Source: Camelus ferus
Lineage: Eukaryota
DNA: 64,000 nt
Reading direction: 5' to 3'
NCBI RefSeq assembly: GCF_009834535.1
Contig: NC_045697.1
Coordinates: forward strand, 38,318,001-38,382,000
Positions 61,626 to 64,000 of the stretch are shown here, piece after piece (the first letter of the stretch is position 1; the number at the start of each line of letters is the position of its first letter). Made by a program: the position numbers and the translations under genes. The notes beneath the pieces are model-generated. The model ran no database searches and was not told the DNA's origin. It saw only the letters and a list, made by a program, of their open reading frames with translations.

Positions 61626-63878
61626 GTGAGTCTGTTCTTTCTTAAAACAAGTTATACACGTCTGATCTTTTAAAAATATTAAAACTGTTGACTGAGATGG
61701 GGCTTTGGATTTTCATGCTTAGACTTTAGTATTTGAAAAGATGTGTTGGATAGTCACAAAAACTTTCAAATTTATTTCTGAAGATCCAGCTCGTATCTTA
61801 CATGTATGCTTAAAAACTTCTGTAATAATAGCTTCCTAGATACAAGCAGTCTAACTTCAGTGCCTAAAATTTTATTTCCTTAATCATTAATTAAAATTTT
61901 TTCTGTTATTATTATCACTATTATTATTTTAGTTCTAAAAGTAATTCATACTCATTTTGAAAATGATGCACTTTCTTATTTCTTAGTTTATTTTACTGTT
62001 TTTAGCTTTATGCTCAGTAGTTCTCAAGCAAGGAAAAAGAAATGATGGGGCATATCCAGAGTTAATGGTTGTCTGGGCATAAAGTTGGTGGAAGAATCTC
62101 CAGTACTGGTAATAAGATCACGGAGATGTCTAAACCATGGAATTAAGATTATGGAAGTAACTGAGGCCTAATAAAGTACTGAACTATGAGACTAGGTAGA
62201 GACTGAGGGATTACAGAGTGTGGTGAGGACCAATGGTCATTTGGTCAGAATGAAAATTTATATCATAAGAGAGTTGAAGACCTGGAAACTGGCTCAGTTC
62301 TAACCCATGACAAAGTCCAGGCATAATCATGTTACCATGTGCCTGTAGCTGAGTGAAGAGGAGCCTCATGAGAGTTGAGGAATTGTGAACCGAGTGGCCA
62401 GGGTTGGGGAGGAATCAGTGGGGCTTGAAATGGCAGGAAATGAGATGGCAAGGAGGACTGTGAGCCAAAGGCAGAACAAATGGAGAAACATGGGAGAAGA
62501 TCTCGGAAGTAACTAGAAGATTAAGGGGGAAAAAAAAAAGGATAATTAGATTTTCTGAGAAAAGAGTGGGACAGATTGAAGAGAGATTTAGGAGGTGTAA
62601 TCTTTAAATTTTAGTGCCTGCATGTGGTAGACTTGGAAAGTAGAGGAATCCCCAAGTTTCTGTTTCACATGAATGAGTGCCTGGATGATACTGTTCCTTA
62701 AGATAACTGTGGAAAGCAGAGCAGGGATCCACCCTCCACAGAGGGTATGCTGAGTATGTTATATCCACGAGACATTCACATTGAGATTCTAGGATGAAGC
62801 AGGATATGTAGATCTGTTCTCAGAAGTGTGGTCCCAGATGGAGATTCAAATGTGGGGATCATTTGAATATCATGTGAATTGAAGCTACGACTGTAGTAAG
62901 GATTATCTAGTGAGATTATGTAGAGTGGGAAGAGAGGAGAACCAAAGACAGACCCTAGGAAAGTTGGCATCTAAGGCCCTGGTGGAAGCAGAGGGTCTTT
63001 GAAAGAAACTGAGAAGGAGCAACCAAGGAGGAGAACCAGGAGATAAGGGGAGAAGAAAATGGCTTACCTTGCTCAGGTGTGTAACTACAAGCAGGTCATT
63101 TAAATACTTTTGACTTGGTTTCTTCAACCTCAAAACAAGAGATTAGAAGTATAAAAAATTTGTTAGGATTCTGAAGAAGACAAACTTGTGGGTTATGTTT
63201 GTTCTTTGTGAAGATCAATTAGTTTTTCAAGTACGTGTCTAATCTTGGCCAGATACTGGAAAATGTAAGTTATCCATGTGGTTTGGACCAAGACAGGATA
63301 TATCTAGCCATAAACAGAAATTACTCCTTCTGCTTTTAAGGATAATTAAGAAAACATTTCCCTCTAATTCAGAGTATACATTTTGTTGTATACTAATTTT
63401 GCTTCTTAAAGGTTCAATTATCTGCTCTTTTGGCATTGCTTAATAATGTCTATTTTAGTTATCACTGCCTTGAGCTCCTTGTTTGACAGTTTCCTGCTGG
63501 TGATGACTTCTTGAGCCTATAATAGTGGATACCACAAGGTGCACTCAACTTTTAATCTTGCCAAAGTGTGGTCCCCATTTAGTGGAGGAACAGATTAAAT
63601 CTGGGCATATGTATTAAGCATGCAGAAAATAAAGCTTGCTTTATTATTGTGTCTTATTGAAGTTTTCAGGAGTGCATTGTTTAGTTGAAGATGAGGTGGG
63701 TATTTATATATATAAGTATTTATCTATATGAGGGAGAAACATTTTATCAGTATGTAATATGAGCTAGAGACATACCTTATAACAAAAAGGCTAACCTTCT
63801 GAAATGCTTAATTCTAAGACAAGTGTTTTGTTTTGTTCTCAATTTTTTTTTTTGAAACACACGTTTGTATTTTTTTAG

Positions 63879-64000
63879 GTGGCAAAAAAAGAAGTATTGC
63901 TTTCAGGCGCCAGCGTATGCAAATTGACGAACCGGTGCCTCCCTCTGAAGTCAGTTCATATCCGGTTCCTCAGCCAGATGACCCTTACATTGCAGACCTC
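63879..64000 (+). CDS. CEP135: CEP135 exon 5 (cut by the window end)
   Basis: tttag|GT GGC; (G)GKKRSIAFRRQRMQIDEPVPPSEVSSYPVPQPDDPYIADL. Confidence 0.95.
   Translation, partial: MAKKEVLLSGASVCKLTNRCLPLKSVHIRFLSQMTLTLQT

Overview
This is mammalian genomic DNA, most likely camelid (alpaca or camel), judged from two tRNA-Ala-like Vic-1-type SINEs; I saw no Alu, BovB or PRE-1 elements. It holds the 3' 14 coding exons of EXOC1 (exocyst Sec3, + strand, 1307-31602; the exons join in frame to 693 codons plus stop, including the 45-nt cassette exon). A repeat-rich spacer of about 24 kb follows, then the CpG-island promoter and first exons of CEP135 (+ strand, ATG at 58887, running off the right end). 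Most ORF-track entries are exon read-throughs, L1 remnants or chance ORFs. I found no prokaryotic-type system, CRISPR array or novel protein-coding gene. The most interesting unexplained signals are: a multi-acceptor cassette/terminal-exon module in an EXOC1 intron (3313-3565); candidate microexons at 7524, 16221 and 19432; an apparent ~2.6 kb retroposed mRNA 3'UTR (47138-49790) containing a perfect hairpin; a diverged ~150 bp duplicate in two neighbouring introns; and an X-box/CHR/CTCF/YY1 cluster plus an exon-spanning uORF at the CEP135 promoter. Repeat family names come from recalled consensus sequences and their boundaries are approximate. Exon numbers follow the human gene models as I recall them.
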